Assembly: GCA_964276515.1 (NCBI GenBank)
Contig: OZ193909.1
Coordinates: forward strand, 19,282,001-19,346,000
Direction: 5' to 3'
Source of the DNA: Gordius albopunctatus
Lineage: Eukaryota
DNA: 64,000 nt
Both the position numbers and the translations under genes were made by a program. Positions within the stretch are counted from its first letter, which is position 1; each line of letters begins with the position of its first letter. Of the stretch, positions 62,634-64,000 are shown piece by piece. The notes under the pieces were generated by a model, which did no database searches, was not told where the DNA came from, and saw only the letters and a list, made by a program, of their open reading frames with translations.

Positions 62634-64000
62634 GTGGATTTAAAAGATTATATGCAACATTGGTTAGAGTTGACAGATTAAGTGAAGGGGGTGAATTATA
62701 ATATATTAAAATTAATTTGACTAATAACGCCATTTATGTTAGATAAATCCGCTTTTGTCGATAATAATAGATAATAATCATAATTATCCTCATTGATTTT
62801 AATCAGTTTTTTTATAGATCAGAAGAAATTTTCTCTTCTAATACCGACCTTATATTCTCTCAAAATAATTTGACTATAAATTGGTTGTTGAGATTTTTCC
62901 ACAACGGTTATATTTATCTAGACTTTGAATTTATTTGATTTTAAAATTTAATGTGTGATAAATAATTTATATGAATGATGTTGTTCATAACCATGGTCGA
63001 AATATATATGAGAATTTAATAAGTTAATTATGGAAGTTATATGTATGTTTTCATCAACTTACACTTACATTTTAGAAATAACATTTTACCATAAAATTAC
63101 TGATTTCAGGCCTATTATATTTGAATTTTTACATTAATTTTATGATCTATTTTCTTTTTTAATTTATTTTATGTAATTAATTAACATATACTAGTTTTCG
63201 AAATAGTCTTGCTCTTGCTCTTTTATAGGTAATTTATTATATTCGGCAAAAGAATGTTATCATGGGCGTAGCCAGGTTTTGGATTTGGAGGGGGGGGGGC
63301 AAAACTTTCAAAAGTTCAATTAGGGGGGGGGGCGAAACATAAATTTTTTTCAATTTTTAAGGCTTTTTGCTTTGAAAAAAAAAATTTCCGCGATTTACCC
63401 CCTGCCCCCCCCCCTGGCTACACGCCCATGTATGTTAGGGTTGTTTTAGATGTATGATATTAGTATTTTCAGTATATTGATTTAGACGATGTATATACAT
63501 CATAAATTATTGTAAGTGGCCAATTTGCGCTTTTAACTATTATGGGTAGGTAGTAGTAATAAAATTATGTTCTATTATGCCATACCAAGGACATATAGTC
63601 CAATTAGCATTATTAATTGGTTCATTAATTGCTAAGGTACCTAACTTTCTCATCAAAATAAAGCTTTCGCCTAATTTAATAAAGTGGAGTTATTATAAAG
63701 AGTCGTGACTAAGTAAAGCGCGCTAAATTATTATTAATCCAGTGTTTACGGACACCAATCTAAGAGATGAATAAAGATGAGATTCCCACAAGAATAATAT
63801 GATCCAACCCTTCATCAAAAAAGCCCGGCCTGGTCCGTCAAAATATTAAATTATAAGCCCGGCCCGCTAAAATTATACAAAGCCCGAACCCGGTCAGGGC
63901 CCGTAAAATTAAAAAAAATTTTTTTTATCGATATGGCAAACAATATGTTTGTGTTATAGATGTTAATAAAAATACCTTAAAAAGAAAAAATTGGTAATTC

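Overview
AT-rich eukaryotic (invertebrate-like) genomic DNA, dense in transposons, with short GT-AG introns. Host genes assembled by hand: SH3BGR/SH3BGRL-like (+), fumarylacetoacetase FAH (-, 11 exons), a predicted small single-pass membrane protein (+), REXO4-like exonuclease (-), cytochrome b561 domain protein (-), an intronless rhodopsin-family GPCR (-) and an N-terminal DHX37-like fragment (-). Mobile DNA: a young intact Gypsy LTR element nested in an older Gypsy, CRE-like RLE non-LTR fragments, RTE-like LINEs, two hAT elements, many MITEs, Helitron/Helentron-like non-autonomous elements (one with a perfect ~884-bp TATG tract) and a tRNA-headed SINE. The most notable observation is three divergent copies (about 3.4-5.4, 22.3-23.6 and 42.3-43.2 kb) of a reverse transcriptase-RNase H whose motifs look closer to hepadnavirus/nackednavirus polymerase (HEART-like) than to DIRS or LTR elements. 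Two copies share a conserved N-terminal extension and an overlapping basic upstream frame, and none shows an integrase, recombinase or terminal repeats. All family assignments are by eye from motifs; no database search was run.
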